DNA of 248,000 bases from Wallemia ichthyophaga EXF-994 (Eukaryota > Fungi > Basidiomycota), in assembly GCF_000400465.1 (NCBI RefSeq), contig NW_008806282.1:20001-268000 (forward strand). The letters are read 5' to 3'. Position numbers and translations under genes: made by a program. Positions 38,529-51,741 of the stretch are shown here, in pieces; within the stretch, counting starts at the first letter, position 1; every line of letters starts with the position of its first letter. Under the pieces are notes generated by a model. It was not told the origin of the DNA. It made no database searches and was given only the letters and a program-made list of their open reading frames with translations.

Positions 38529-40654
38529 TTACGTAGACTTGTCTTGACGAGATTTATATTTCATCATCATTTCCTCGACGTGTTTCTCGTCCTCCTCATC
38601 CTCCCTATTGAGATTGTCTAGATCTTCCTCTTCTATTTCTTGAAATCTTGGTTGATTCTTTGGATCTTGCATAGGGTTAGATGTCTTAATAATTCCATTG
38701 CTATTCAGTCTATCAAACGCGTCAAACAGTTTCTCCGCTTCCGCTTCCTTCAGAGGCATGTTAGTTTAGTTTCATATTTATAAACTAAGCTTACCTTCTC
38801 CTCCTCGGTCATTTCCTCTGGGCCACCTGTACGATCTTCTTCATAAGCTCCAGTAACAGGGTTCACTCCATTTTCAGCAGGATCACCAGCACCAGCACTG
38901 AGCATGCCTTTTGAAAAAAGGAATCCTGCTGCGTTTCCAAATCCAATAGTTGAAGACATCTGCGAAGGATCGCTATCGCAGAGAGCAAAGATCAATTCAC
39001 CAACAGTATTTTTGATTGTGGAGAATAGTGAGCTTGTCAAGAATCTAACAAGTACACCTAAAAGATCACCTCTCTGTTCGGCTTTCACTGATCGATCTAT
39101 ATCGTCCATACCTAGAGTCTGTCGAAGTGATCCTTTAAAGCCGCCGGCGTTACGCTGGTCTTCAACAACAAGCTTCCGCAAAAGCATGACAAGTGGCGCA
39201 AGTGTTTCCTCGAGGTTTAATCCCAAACTTGCTGCTTTGGTCTTGGCTTGAGTACTATCAATACTCTCACCACCCTCTAAACTGCTTGAGGGCCAAAATG
39301 TTGACAAAACCGTGTTGAGGAGTTCTAATAATCTACTCAAGAAAGGGAAGGTGTCCATATTATCACAGTTCAGCCTGGAAGGATCGCTCTGCGCTACCGA
39401 AGCGCGTGAAATTGTCTTAGACAATCGATTAATAGCAGCTGTAGGAGAAAAGATCGAGTTTGAATTAGGGTTGGACCAAAGCTGAGTGAATGGCTTAAAT
39501 GGGAAGCAAAGTAGGGCGTGTATTAGTTGAGGAATTGGTTGAGGCATAGGCGAAATCGTGTTGACACTATTTGTACTAGCACTTAAATCCATAAAGAGCT
39601 GAAGAGTAGGTTGTAGTAACTTGTTGAACTTTTCATCCCAATTTTCTCCTAAAATTGAATCTTGTTGAATTGTCTTGTGGTGCAGCGTGATGTTGAAGAA
39701 AAGTTTGAACATGTCTGTGATCAGTTCTTTTGACCGTATCGGTATGCTAATAGATTTTTGTGAAGGAAGAATATATGGGGTATATTGCAGTAGACGCTGG
39801 TTGATATAGCGTCAGTTGTGACAATATGATGAGCAAAAACTTTTCTTACCGCGTGTATTACATCCACGAGATTCTCCTCATGCACTAACTTGTAAACAAT
39901 TGGATGTGGCTTAAGTGTACAGAGAAAAAGACATCTCGCTGCAACAAAGTGAATATCGGAAGTATTTTGCTGTGCCTGATTAAGGGGATTTGAGAAAGGA
40001 GAGGATGGAAAAAAGCAACTAACCTTTAAAGCTTGAAATGCTAGAATTGGCGCACGCGTTTCAACGACATTAGATCTCGCTTCATCGTGGAGCAATAACG
40101 TGTTTGCAATTGTAGTCAAGACTTCCAATTGGGCTTCAGATTGACACAATGGGTCAGACGATGAAATGTAGGATGGACGATGGGATTGTAATCTGCTAGT
40201 GAGGGAGGGAGTTGATGTATTTGATTCACGAAACGACTTCCTCTCCATCACGCTCGATAAGCAATCTAATGCTTCAACAGTGGTGAGTGGTGTGGTTCCA
40301 ATGGGAGAGCGCCCTAAGACCTTTATAACTTTCAGGGCAGCAAGTACAGCTGCGTCTGGTTTAGCGAGAATCCTAAATAATGGAGCAATGGAGCTCACTC
40401 TGTAAATCCCACTTGTCAGATACACCGCCTGGCTTGAGATCTATAAGAAGCTGGCTTAAGAATGCATCCCTATCTTGAGAGCTTATCTCGCTGTATTCTT
40501 TGAAATGGTGAGATATGTAGAAATCAACGAGCGAATAACGAACCAAGAAAGCCAATGAATATTTCAGCTGACTGGAATGCTGATTTCTCAATAGGCTGCA
40601 ACGATCTGTAATGCGATGCCTGTAGGATGTGTGAGAATGCCATAGCGATAACAA
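38529..40654 (-). CDS. RIC8: G-alpha chaperone/GEF Ric8 (start uncertain)
   Basis: IGFGNAAGFL, VNPVTG, MTEEEK..EAEKLFDAFDRL. Confidence 0.85.
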
Positions 40655-41276
40655 GTAATTGAACCGACGAATCCCATATGATATCGCTGATTTAAACTTT
40701 CATGATCTCTTTTCGTCAACTCCTTCTGAAAATATCCACTGAACCTTTTCATTGCGTGGTCGACAAGCTCCTCGAATTCCAACGCAGCACATTTCGGCGG
40801 TAAAATAATTACATGATTGTGACTACAGAGAAATTATATTCTGCACGCTAGGAGTACGTGCTAAGCAGCTGTGCCCTTGCGTTTATCCACTCTCTTTACA
40901 ATGTGATCACGGAGAAACTAAGGAGTTCAAGAATGTGTTTCATATTCGTTGTAAAATGATTAGAATATACTAAAGGCCTTGCAAATAAAACCCGGTAGCC
41001 TCTCGACGACGTTCTGCTGTAGCGCACGTCAATCAGCGGATGTCGGAACGTGTCTTCTTCCAATAGGAACGCTTGCGAAACTAATAATAGCTTCATAAAA
41101 TGTTTGGACATGTCTTATTGGTTTTGATTTTCACATGGCATGCAAAGTTTCTTAAAATCACATTGCACATTGCACCCTGATGCAGTTACAAACTTGGGAG
41201 GCTTTTAGTTGTTATTTGAATATTTCACATCTTTTCATACAAGGTTAAAGCAAGAATTGCACTCAAGCAACAGATC

Positions 41277-43113
41277 ACTTGGCCTTACGCTTGAGAAGAC
41301 TGTCACCGTAAAGCTTCTTGGCGTACTGCTCTTTCATTCTTGCCATGCATTCCTTGTTGGCTTCCTTCTCATCAATCATAGGCTCTGGATAGTCTTTCCC
41401 GATTTTCTGAAAATGTGTTAGATCGTCCTCCTACGCATGGCTCACTCACACATCCAGCCTTCTTCTGCACATCTTCAGGTGCTTCCCAAGGCTTGTAGAT
41501 ATATTTGTCCGGATATTCCTTCAGCTCTGGTACGTACTTCCTGACTAATTTGCCCGTCTTGTCATATTTGGAGGGAAAGGTCGTCATACCATAATTTCTG
41601 TAGTATTGGTGGAAAAATGCTGAACAAGATAACCACATCCAATTGCCAGCGTTGGAAGCTGGGTCTTGGTCAACCAAGTACCTATCAAATACCTCAGCAC
41701 CTCTCTCCCAGCTAATATACAATTGACCTCGGGTGAGGAAACCCGCAACACAGTGTCTGGCGAGATGGTGCATCCAGCCTTCTTGCTTGAGCTGACGCAT
41801 AGCCGCATCGACCCATGGAAATCCTGTGTTGCCATGCTTCCACTTCTCGAGAGCTTCCTCGTCCTCTTTCGATCCTTTTGGACGGGGGAAAATCTTCTCA
41901 CCATCCTCGTCATAAGCGTTGCAGAGCTTCCAGTCTATGACTCTGCATATTTTATTCCCTCTTATCTGTCCGAAAGGCTTTCCAATGCCCAGTTGAGCTG
42001 CGAAATACATCTCTCTAAAGATAAGTTGTCCTGGAAGATTTTCAGGCTCGGAGCTAGTTTCGCCATCATAGTTCTCCATCAGATCAACGACCCTCCAGTA
42101 GAACTCACGCACACCCAACGCGCCGAACTTTATATAGGGCGACAATTGTGTAGTGGCCGGAGGATCGTACTCTGAGGGAGATGTTTGAGGCTTGCGGAAT
42201 GTAGCTGTTGCGTCCTTATCTTTGATCCACTTGTCAAGACGTCTAAGTGCCTCATCTTCACCACCAGGAATCTGCGTAGTTGCATCCTCTGAATCCAGAC
42301 CCAACTCTTCCAGAGAAGGTGGTTCCAGTGAGTCTTTTGGGCCTGTAACTGAGTCGTAAGCCGTCATCTTGCCCTTGCGATGCTCTTCGTTGACGTCATG
42401 ATCTGACTTTACCTTTTTAACTTCCTTTTTAATTGCATCCAACTTGAGATCATCTGCTTTTGGCACATCTTTTGGTGCTTGAAGGGGACGCTCGATTTTC
42501 ATATCCTTAGCCGCGGCTTTGAAAGCCGTTGCAGATGTAATTGTCTTACCCTTCTGCTTTTCAACGATGGCGTCGATATCGTAAAGTGTGTGTCCAGTGA
42601 TATCTAAAACTTCCACGTTTGCATCTTTTGCTAGTTTCTTGATACTTTCGTCGCGCTCGATCGCGTATGGCGCTGGATCCTGCAGCTGTCAGGGCGCGTT
42701 TGACTGACGTCATAGATACCCACTTTTTCATAAACAAGGTGTGTGATATTCCACTGCTTGAATAGCACAGGGAATAGGTCGGCTGGGGCAGCTCTAAACA
42801 CGTGAAGCTTGTTGCCCATCTTGCTCAGTTTTTTGTCTATCTCTTTCATGGACTCGGTCAGGAATTTGTATCTGCTGAGTGAGATGGAGCAGCGAGATGA
42901 GAGTTGGCCTACCTATTTGGACCAACTGGGCATTCAAAGTTGAAGTAGGGATCCCAGGTCCATACCTTTACTCAATCAGGGACGAAAAGTACCGATAAAA
43001 CCTAAACCTACGGGGAAGAACACCTCAGGCTTGAGTTCCAATCCTTTTAGAAGCGCAGGTGCATCGTGCAACCTCAAGTCAGTTCTAAACCAGTGTAATA
43101 CGCGTGCTGGCAT
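41277..43113 (-). CDS. (6-4) photolyase / animal-type cryptochrome
   Basis: LHWFRTDLRLHD, LSPYIKFG, GWMHHLARHCVAGFLTRGQLYISWERG, NAGNWMWLS. Confidence 0.9.
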
Positions 43114-43363
43114 TAGTGTGGCGTGAGTGGTGAGTGAAGGAAGATAATCTTAGCTGAGAATCAAATAGATTACGTTATGACATTCAAAGTATATTTATGA
43201 CAATGTATTTGAAAATGCTGATTTTTGCTAAGTGTCCGTCTAATTAAGTTATTCTAGGTAATGATCACTAATGATCACGCTTTTAGGTTGTCTAATAAGA
43301 ATTATCGCAAGTTTAATCGTATATTGGGTTACTATGCAGGTAGTTTTTAGATTGTAAAGGTCT

Positions 43364-45460
43364 TCAAACTCTCTCCCACTCTTCAGGTTCGGGCCAACGA
43401 GAAGTAAACCAATTGCCCATCAATTCATTGATTGCGGGTATGTCTTTCTCCTTCTTGACGTCATCATTAAGGCAGATAAATGTGGTATCTTGGTGTGTAT
43501 CTGCCATATCAAGTTGCTGTTTTAGTTGAGATGGATTGTACACTTTCGTGAACTGTGACGGCGTTTCACCAAATACGTGGTTGTATCTCATTATCAGCCT
43601 TGCTGCAAATGACCTGGGTGACGTTTCCCCGTCTAAGACAGTGTTCAATTTAAAATCAGCGTCGTGCCAGTCGTCGTTCAGTGGAAGATTTGGAACCCCA
43701 CTAAACTGTTTAAGGCTGTCTTTAGGTGGTAGAAAGATTTCCAAACCTTTGCTACCTCCTTGTGAGATTAACTGAGTGATTACTAACCCTTCTGTCAGCT
43801 GCATCGGGATATTCCGAAAGTACTTACTGCAATCACCGCAATCACCATATTGTTCGAATGCAATATGCTTAAACAACTCTTCGGCTGTACTTCCTTGCTT
43901 GAAGCATTGCTCTTTTGTAATTGTGCAAGCTTTCAACCGTTTATCATCTCTCAAATCAGGCCACCCATGGCGACTGAGCAATCTATGCCATATTTGTCGA
44001 AGATAACCAGGACCATAGCCATCCATACTTGAAAATGCATACTCGGTGTTGAGTGGTTTGGGTATATGTGCATTATTCAGAGTTTTTTCGAGCTCTTCAT
44101 CCTCAACCGTCACTCTATGTGGAACGTAAACTTGGTGCTTCAACGACTCACCGCCTGTGAGTTCACTCCACATTTTATCTGTGTCGATTACTTGATTGGA
44201 AGCGCCCCATTTTCCTACTATCCATGACCACAGCAGAGCCTCACGATGTCGCTCAGTTATGAACCATGAAGCAAAAAAGAAGGATTGGATAGCCCAAGGA
44301 GCATCTTTTGTATTTCTGAATCGTGCTAATGTGACGTTGTTGAATGAGTTGTCAAACATTATGGCAGCCTCATTGAGGATGGGCAGCGACAGACTGCGAG
44401 CGTGATGTGCGATATAGGGTCTCCACCTCATACCGAACCGTCTTCCCAGAACCCAAGACGATCTAGCAATAGCGACACCTTCGCCATTCCGTGATCCTAG
44501 AGGCTTTTCTTGTGGAACGTACATACTGTAACTTAAACTACGCAGAACTGGACCGTGAAGTGGGGAGTAGTAGTCGCTGACCTCGTTATTCTTAAGTGTA
44601 AAAAAGTCATCGTTGTGGTAAACTATAGTGTCTGATTGGGCGTCTATGTTGTGCATTTGACCTTCTATAGCAAATGAGTTGAAAGTTGGAAGTGAGGCGG
44701 CCCTCCATTCAGCATTGAGATTATTCAGCTGATCTTCTGTTAATGATTGAGACTCGGGAATCGTAGGCATACGCCGGAAGAAGTTGAAGTGATGGTGCAT
44801 TTCAACCTTTTCATGATCGTTCAACCAAAACGGATGCTGTGCAATCTGGTTACCACCTTCCGGTGAGTCGTACGAGGAAGCAAGAATATGATACTGTCCA
44901 ACATTCTGTCCAACTGAGCGTTCGATTGATCTGAGTGCGTATCTAAGTTCATCGTGTTCTTGATAGCGGTGCTGGCTATCAACTTTCTGATCAGAGAATG
45001 CTTGCAAGGCAGAGATCTGCACGGGATCGCTGTCAATTTGTTAGGAATGTGATTGATCGCTCAATCGAAACGCTTACCTTCCGTTGACCCAGGGGAAGAC
45101 AGGATCGATAGTGCTAAATTTCTTAATATCAACGTCTTTGCAATGCTCCCCCCAAATTCCAGCCCCAATCCACTCGTCCACGCAGAGATCTGGCAACGCT
45201 TGATGAAACTTGATAGGTCGTACAGCTCTAGAGGCAGAATTTGGAGGATTTGAGCTGGAAAATACCTCGTGGCTCTCATCCTGTCCAACAACGATCAATT
45301 TGTATATCTCTTTAACCTCGCCATTCCCTTTGTATGTGTATACAATCAACAGGAGCAACAGGACAGGAATGGCGAGTAACTTGGTGGCATTGTTCTTCAC
45401 GCTTGCTTGTGTTATAGGCAGCGGCAAGTATCCATTATGCCTGAATTTACTGAAGACCAT
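43364..45460 (-). CDS. Stealth-family xylosylphosphotransferase, Xpt1-like (type II membrane)
   Basis: N-terminal TM, IDPVFPWVNG, HDELRYALRS, TFNSFAIE, YHNDDFF, FICLNDD. Confidence 0.85.
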
Positions 45461-45770
45461 CTCAGCTGCTCACTGCATAGATCAAAAGTCGGCCACAGCG
45501 AGATCGACTGCTTAGACCAAGTCAAAATTTATTGACGTTGCCGCTTTGTAATTGCGTGTGCATGTAAGTGCTTGAATATCTAAATTATTATCTATATCAA
45601 TTTGTGTTTATAACATCACATCCAGCTCTATATGTTTAATTTTCCGAGCGCAAAAATTAGGAAGAAAGCTTTTGTAGAGCTGCTTTAAGGCATTATGCAC
45701 TTCAGAAAAAGAAATACACCAGCTTGATTTTCAACCTTAGTCAAATTTTCAGCTACAATTTACAATACAA

Positions 45771-46796
45771 TTACAACTCAAAAACACATTCCAGAGTAGC
45801 CGGATCAACGAACTGGATACATTTGAGTCTATGGAGAAGATGTCAGTCACATTCCTCGCAAATGCCAGGTGCATGAGCCCACCTTCCATCAATCACTAGA
45901 GTCGTTGCCGGGTCGACCTCGCCGTCTTCGCTCACGCCAGCATTCATTATAATGTAGTTGATACTGGACGCGTCAATTAGTGAAACAAACGAACGAGCGT
46001 CCTAACCCACGTATTCAATGTCTCATCAACAACATCACAAACTGTAATTCCCTCGTCGTTCTCAACTCTGCTGACGTGATCGCCTACGTGAAGGTCGAGT
46101 TTATGCTGAGGAGGTTCTGTCGCCATACAGTAGTACGTCTGAGGATGGTCTACTAGTTTTTCCCGATAAACATTGTCTGGCAGAATAACCTCCACGCTGT
46201 CGAGCGTTGTGCACGACCTATTGAACCAGAGTGCGGCGAGTGAAGGGTGTGCTTTTACTGTCCTCACTTTGCTGCGTGAACGACTCCTGCTACGTGATCT
46301 TGAGTTGGATTCTTGTCTTAGAGACCTGCTAGAATTCCCTGTACTAATTTAACATTATGAGGCGAGGGAGTAATTCAAACTCACTAAGCGGTCTGACCAT
46401 ATCGACAGCCTCTTCAGGATGCTCGACTTGCATATGGGCCATTTCTGCATCCACCTCTTCCAGAACGTCATCTTCCTCACTGGATGACTGTGTTTTCCAA
46501 TTGATCGGTCCTCTTCTGCCTCTGCTTCGCTCCTCACTGGCTGCTCTCTTGCCAATGCTTTGGAATGTATCTCTCACGCCATTTCTGTGCACTGAGCGCG
46601 ACCTGCTCCTCGATCTTGATCTGTCTGGTCTGCCTATTCTTGCATTGGCTGACACAGCTTTCCAGCTCAAGTTGTCGTCGAATAGCTCCCGCAGCGTACT
46701 GCAACTCTGCGATAGCATGTCCAACGAGGCTGGGTCTAGATACTCTGGCAACAACAGCAATATCTCTGACGGCAATTCAAGTAGACTGTAGCTCAT
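45771..46796 (-). CDS. F-box protein
   Basis: LLELPSEILLLLPEYLDPASLDMLSQSCSTL; downstream exons. Confidence 0.6.
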
Positions 46797-47005
46797 CGTT
46801 GTTGGTTTGAAACAAGTGGAATTCATATCCGTGTGGATGACATCACTCTCACTCTTCCCCGCCTCACGCTATCCGCGAACCGCTTGAAGCGAGCGTCTAA
46901 ATTTGCCAAGACTGTCAATTTCATTGTGTTTATTTCTACATTACACGTGATAGCGTGTTCATGTTAAATCAATGTGTCATTCTGATACAAGTAAATCAAG
47001 TAAAA

Positions 47006-49769
47006 TTAAAGATTATTTACAGACGTTGAACTCCTCAAATGAGAAGCATTTCTACGTATGCTGTTCCGTAAATTGGCTCGAACGCCTCCTGAACGTGTAG
47101 ACACGTCGTCCGATATTTGATTGCTATGTCTCATAGAGGCTTGTATAGCTGCTTCAGTTTGGGCTATTTCCATAGCATCTGTGTTTGCGCTAGAAAGGTC
47201 TTCCTGTCTCACTCTCCTCCTTCTTCTCCGTCTTGGCAGTGTAGTGAGCTTCGGCATTGGACGATGGTCCAAATCTACTGATACATTGGTAGATGCTTGT
47301 AGTGCCTTTTTGTATACGTTAGATTTATATCTTTTCATATACTATATACCCACCTCAATCCAGTCTATCACTGATGACTGGTCGTATGCCTGTATAAGAA
47401 ATTGCTCCTTGACACCCTTGTCAGACAGCAAACGAACTCTAATAACATTCCGTCGCTTGACATAGTCTGCTGCAAGGCCGCTTTCGGCATTTTGTAACGA
47501 ATATTTCCGCAGTAAAGTTGGTGCATACTTGACGTTATTCGCAGGTGCATTTATATGATTTTGGAATGATGGTCTTTGCGCAAGAAGTTGTGGTAGCGCA
47601 GGTACTGGAGGAATAGGGGCATCTGCCGGAGGTGGTTCATGTACATAAGCACTTTCAACATCTGCTTCATTAAGATCGTTAATTTCTGAAGAAAGCAGTG
47701 CACGACCGTGATCCCATTTGTCTGCTTTGTATATTTTCAATACCGTACCATGTAATACCACGTAGACTCTCCTCCATGTCCTGTCTCTCGCTTGGTTGCC
47801 AGGTGACGTAAACTCCATCTTGCGTGGCATTAGTCCTTCAATATGTATACCACACTTATATTTCGGTAGCTTCTCTCTGCCCTCTTCCTCGCGAGGTCTT
47901 ATTATCCTCCTTATTCCACCAAAAATTGTCTCACGTAATGCAACCTCGTCGTACTGTGGAGGTGCCACCATCATATTTGGAAGCGACAATCTCCTCTTGG
48001 CTGCGTTAGGTGTTCCATGGGCGGGCAACGGTGTAATTGGGGGAGGTGGACTGAGTGGCGTGCTATTGAATATCTCCTTCCAATTACGACGCTCTTGCTC
48101 CATCTGAGCCGAGTGTGCTGTTGCAGGTGACGTTGGTGGGCTAGTACCGACGCCAATCTCGCGCGTACTTGAACTACTCTGAACCAAATCGTCGACCTCA
48201 ACAACTGGACTGGATGGTACTTGGGCTCTTTCCTTTCCTTTGAGAGTAATGTCTTTCTCGCCATTCAGCGGAGAGTTCAGCCCTACTCCTAATCCCTCGA
48301 TCACTTGAGGCGATTGAAAGGAGGATAGGTCTGTAAGTGACCGAGACATTTGCCTGCCGCAGGTTTTGGTACTTGCTACTGCGAGCGATGGAGCTTCATC
48401 AATAACATCCTTGTTAAGTTGAGTGACGTCTTTGTGAGACGTTGTCCGGTTTGGTATACTAGTTTGGGTGGGTTGTGTAGGTTGTAAAGGTTGCTTTGGT
48501 TGCGGTGGTGGTGGAGACGAGTCGACGCTGGTCAGCATGATTGAACTCGTTAATCTTCGCAATGCCTCTGGTGACCGTGAGCCTTCTTTGGCAGAGTCCT
48601 CTGATGGGCGAGCATCGTCTAGAGTACTTTGAGTGTTTTGCCTTGATCTCTGCTGAACGGTGACTGAGGATGCAGTTCGCTGATTCAACTTTGGTGGCAG
48701 CACGGAGGATGATTTTCCTGGAGTGCCATTGGCACCTGGGGATATTGGAATGGCACGAGGTGTTTGTGGGGGCACGAGAGCATTTGAAGGCGGCAGGCTA
48801 AAGTAATCGGTCGTTGGTGCATGTGGAGCACTTGGTCGCCTATATTGTTCTACTTGCTCGTCTTCGCCGTCGTCATCCTCAAAGCTATCTTCACTGTCGA
48901 TATCCTCAAGTTCGGAAGCTTCGGCAGTTTCGGCGTTCTCGTGGCTCTGCGAAGCTTGCACAGTAGATGAAGGGGGCTTTGAAGGATCAGCTGAGCCACG
49001 GGCGAGCGTGGGGAGTTGCCGAGCAGCTCTACGGACGTCTCTTGGCGAAGTTGGAGGAGTCGCGTGACTGATGAACTGATCACGAATCGGCGGTGGAGGC
49101 TGCGCTAAAGGATTGAAGGGAGAGAAAGTGGGAAGACTGAGACCTTTAGGCGTGGAAACTCCTGTGATTTATTTAGTGAAGCGCTATGACATAAAGTAAT
49201 AGCTCACTTGGTATAGGCGAGAAAGTGGATAAATCTGGGGGAGCCAAAACATCATTTTCAGGTGACAAGGGTTGTTCACGGATGCTTTCTTGGTTATTCT
49301 GTGGCTGTGGCTGCTCCGACTCGAGCTCTTCGCTGTAGTTTGGCGGGTGATCGGTATGTGGGACACCGTGGGGCACCTCAGTATCGCTGTGCTGCTCGTG
49401 GTGCTGCTCGTGATGCTCAACATCGCTGATCCTAGGGCTATTGGAAGGCTGTGAACTAAAATTGGAAGCGTGCTTATCGGCTAGGGAATAAGTTAGCGTG
49501 CGAGTGTGGATAGGCAGAGCGAACGCACCCTTTGAGGAAACATTAACATTCTCATTGCTGCTGTTCTTATTTGATTGATCGACTGGGATTATTGGACTCG
49601 TATCGCTATTCATTCCACCCAGATTGTTGTATAGGGATCCTCGTTTCGGCGGAATGAGAGCTGCTCTAACTGCAGAAGCGATGTGATGCTGGTGCTGCTC
49701 AATCTCCTCCTTATTGTCTGTAGATTGCTGATTCTGCTGCTGCGTACGCTTCTTGAACAGATTCTTCAT
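47006..49769 (-). CDS. PH-domain protein (fungal YHR131C/YNL144C-like)
   Basis: EEEGREKLPKY, RKMEF..RTWRRVYVVLHGT, YSLQNAESGLAADYVKRRNVIRVR. Confidence 0.75.
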
Positions 49770-50059
49770 CAACGTAGTTATTCAATAGCTGTGGCGTGTA
49801 TATCGCGTGCCAGTCTAACCGAATTCTTGGTTATTCATGTCAACAATTCCAATCCAAATCCCTTCCATTATCCCACTTACCAATTTATATCGGCGAATCG
49901 TCGTTGAGGATTGAAACGCTTCCCTGGTTAATCGTTAATCGCAATGACGAGGTGAGATATTTTGTTTTTTAAAAAAAATAAGTTATAAATCTCAAACATC
50001 ACAGAAATAAGGGAAAATCTCGGGAAATTGTTGACGACGAGCAGCTTCTAGGCCACGAG

Positions 50060-51571
50060 ATGCATCATCTTAGCACCGACGACGACGCCGACAAAGATCG
50101 CGAGCATGTCAGCGACTGGTCCACGTTCTGGGGTGAACCTGATCCCTCTGAATCCAATGGGATTCGCTCAAAGTATCTTTCTCCTTTTTCTCCCTTGCTA
50201 TTCGCTAACTCCCACTTAGTTGGAAGAAGAACTTATACCAGCTCTTACAAGAACCTACAAGCTCACAAGGCGCTTTCACAATACACATATGTGTCACTCT
50301 TCTCATCGTTATCGCTGCCCTTCTCACCATTCTCGAGACTATACCCAGCTTCAGAGCGATAGATTCGCGCATTTGGTTCGGTTTTGAGACTGCTATCGTC
50401 GTAATTTTCACAATTGAGTACTTTGCTAGAATCGCTGCTCACTCTGATTCTTGGGTCCGTCTTATTCTCTTCGGTTATCTCGCCGCTAACCCTACTCAAG
50501 TCAATGCTCTGGAGATGGTCAAAATCCTTTTTTGCTCTTATAGATCTCGCTTCTATTCTTCCTTACTACATTGAAGTTGCTATACAAACCGACGCAGTAT
50601 GTTCAATTGTCCAAATGTCTTACTTGTCTCACAGCTGACGCCTTACCACAAAGTCCAACTTCTTCCATTTTTCGATACTGCGGACGTTTCGACTACTCAG
50701 AGTCTTCAGAGCCTTCAGATGTATGTTCATCTTCCCTGACCGTTGTTGAGAGCCTAATCTCTGCTTCAGACTCGAGTAAACTGTTACTCACCATTGAAGT
50801 GATGGTGCTATCTTTCAAGAGATCTGCAGATGCACTCATTGCACTGTCTTTCCTGGTCTGTACCCTCGTCGCATTATTCGCTACCTTTTTATACTTTATT
50901 GAACGTGGAAGCTGGGACGCAAATCTTGAACAATTCATGAATAGCGACGGCCAGCCTTCTTCTTTTGAAAGTATACCTGCTGCAGCTTGGTAAGGTGCTT
51001 ATTTCTATTTGAGAACCAGCTAAAATCATCCTTTAGGTTTGTTCTGGTCACCATTTCCACAGTCGGTTATGGTGAAGTTACGCCAACGACTACGATAGGA
51101 AGATTAATTACTCTACCTTTGCTTGTGTTTGGGTTACTGCTGATTGCTTTACCTTCTTTTGTCTTGGGGAGGAACTTCTCGATTGGTTGGTGGTTACTGT
51201 ACGTCTAAATACAACACTGACACAGCAAACTAGTATGGGACACTGTCACATCACACCATAACACAGAGACAATACCTAAGAAACGCAATTACACAGCTGT
51301 TCCAACAGCAGCAGGTTTCGATATTCCATCTGAGCCAGAACCAATTTTCGACTCGCGCCAACCTTATGGTAGTTCCGACAATACAGCACTCAGACCTAAT
51401 ATGGACAACAGGCATAATACACAAACTGAAGAGAATTATTTAGCTAGTACAAGCACAATGAGTAATGAATCGAATGTTGTTGATGAAGTAAAGTCACTCA
51501 GACTAGCAATAAATCAGCAGTCTCGCGATATCAGAATTCTCATGGATGCTCTGTCGCAGCGGCAGATTTAG
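50060..51571 (+). CDS. Voltage-gated (Kv/Shaker-like) potassium channel
   Basis: LIDLASILPYY (S3), ILRTFRLLRVFRAFR (S4), ISTVGYGE filter, IALPSFVLGRNF (S6). Confidence 0.88.
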
Positions 51572-51741
51572 TTCTATTCCACCTTGCTGATCTTGCTGTT
51601 TTGATTCGGATAAATTTGTAATTTGCAATTTGCAATATAGTAATATGTATCTTAACTCTCAACTAACGTTACAAAAGTAACGCAAGTTCTAGACAGGATC
51701 ATGATAGCATTGATACCCAATCCCGTTGAATTACTCAACAT

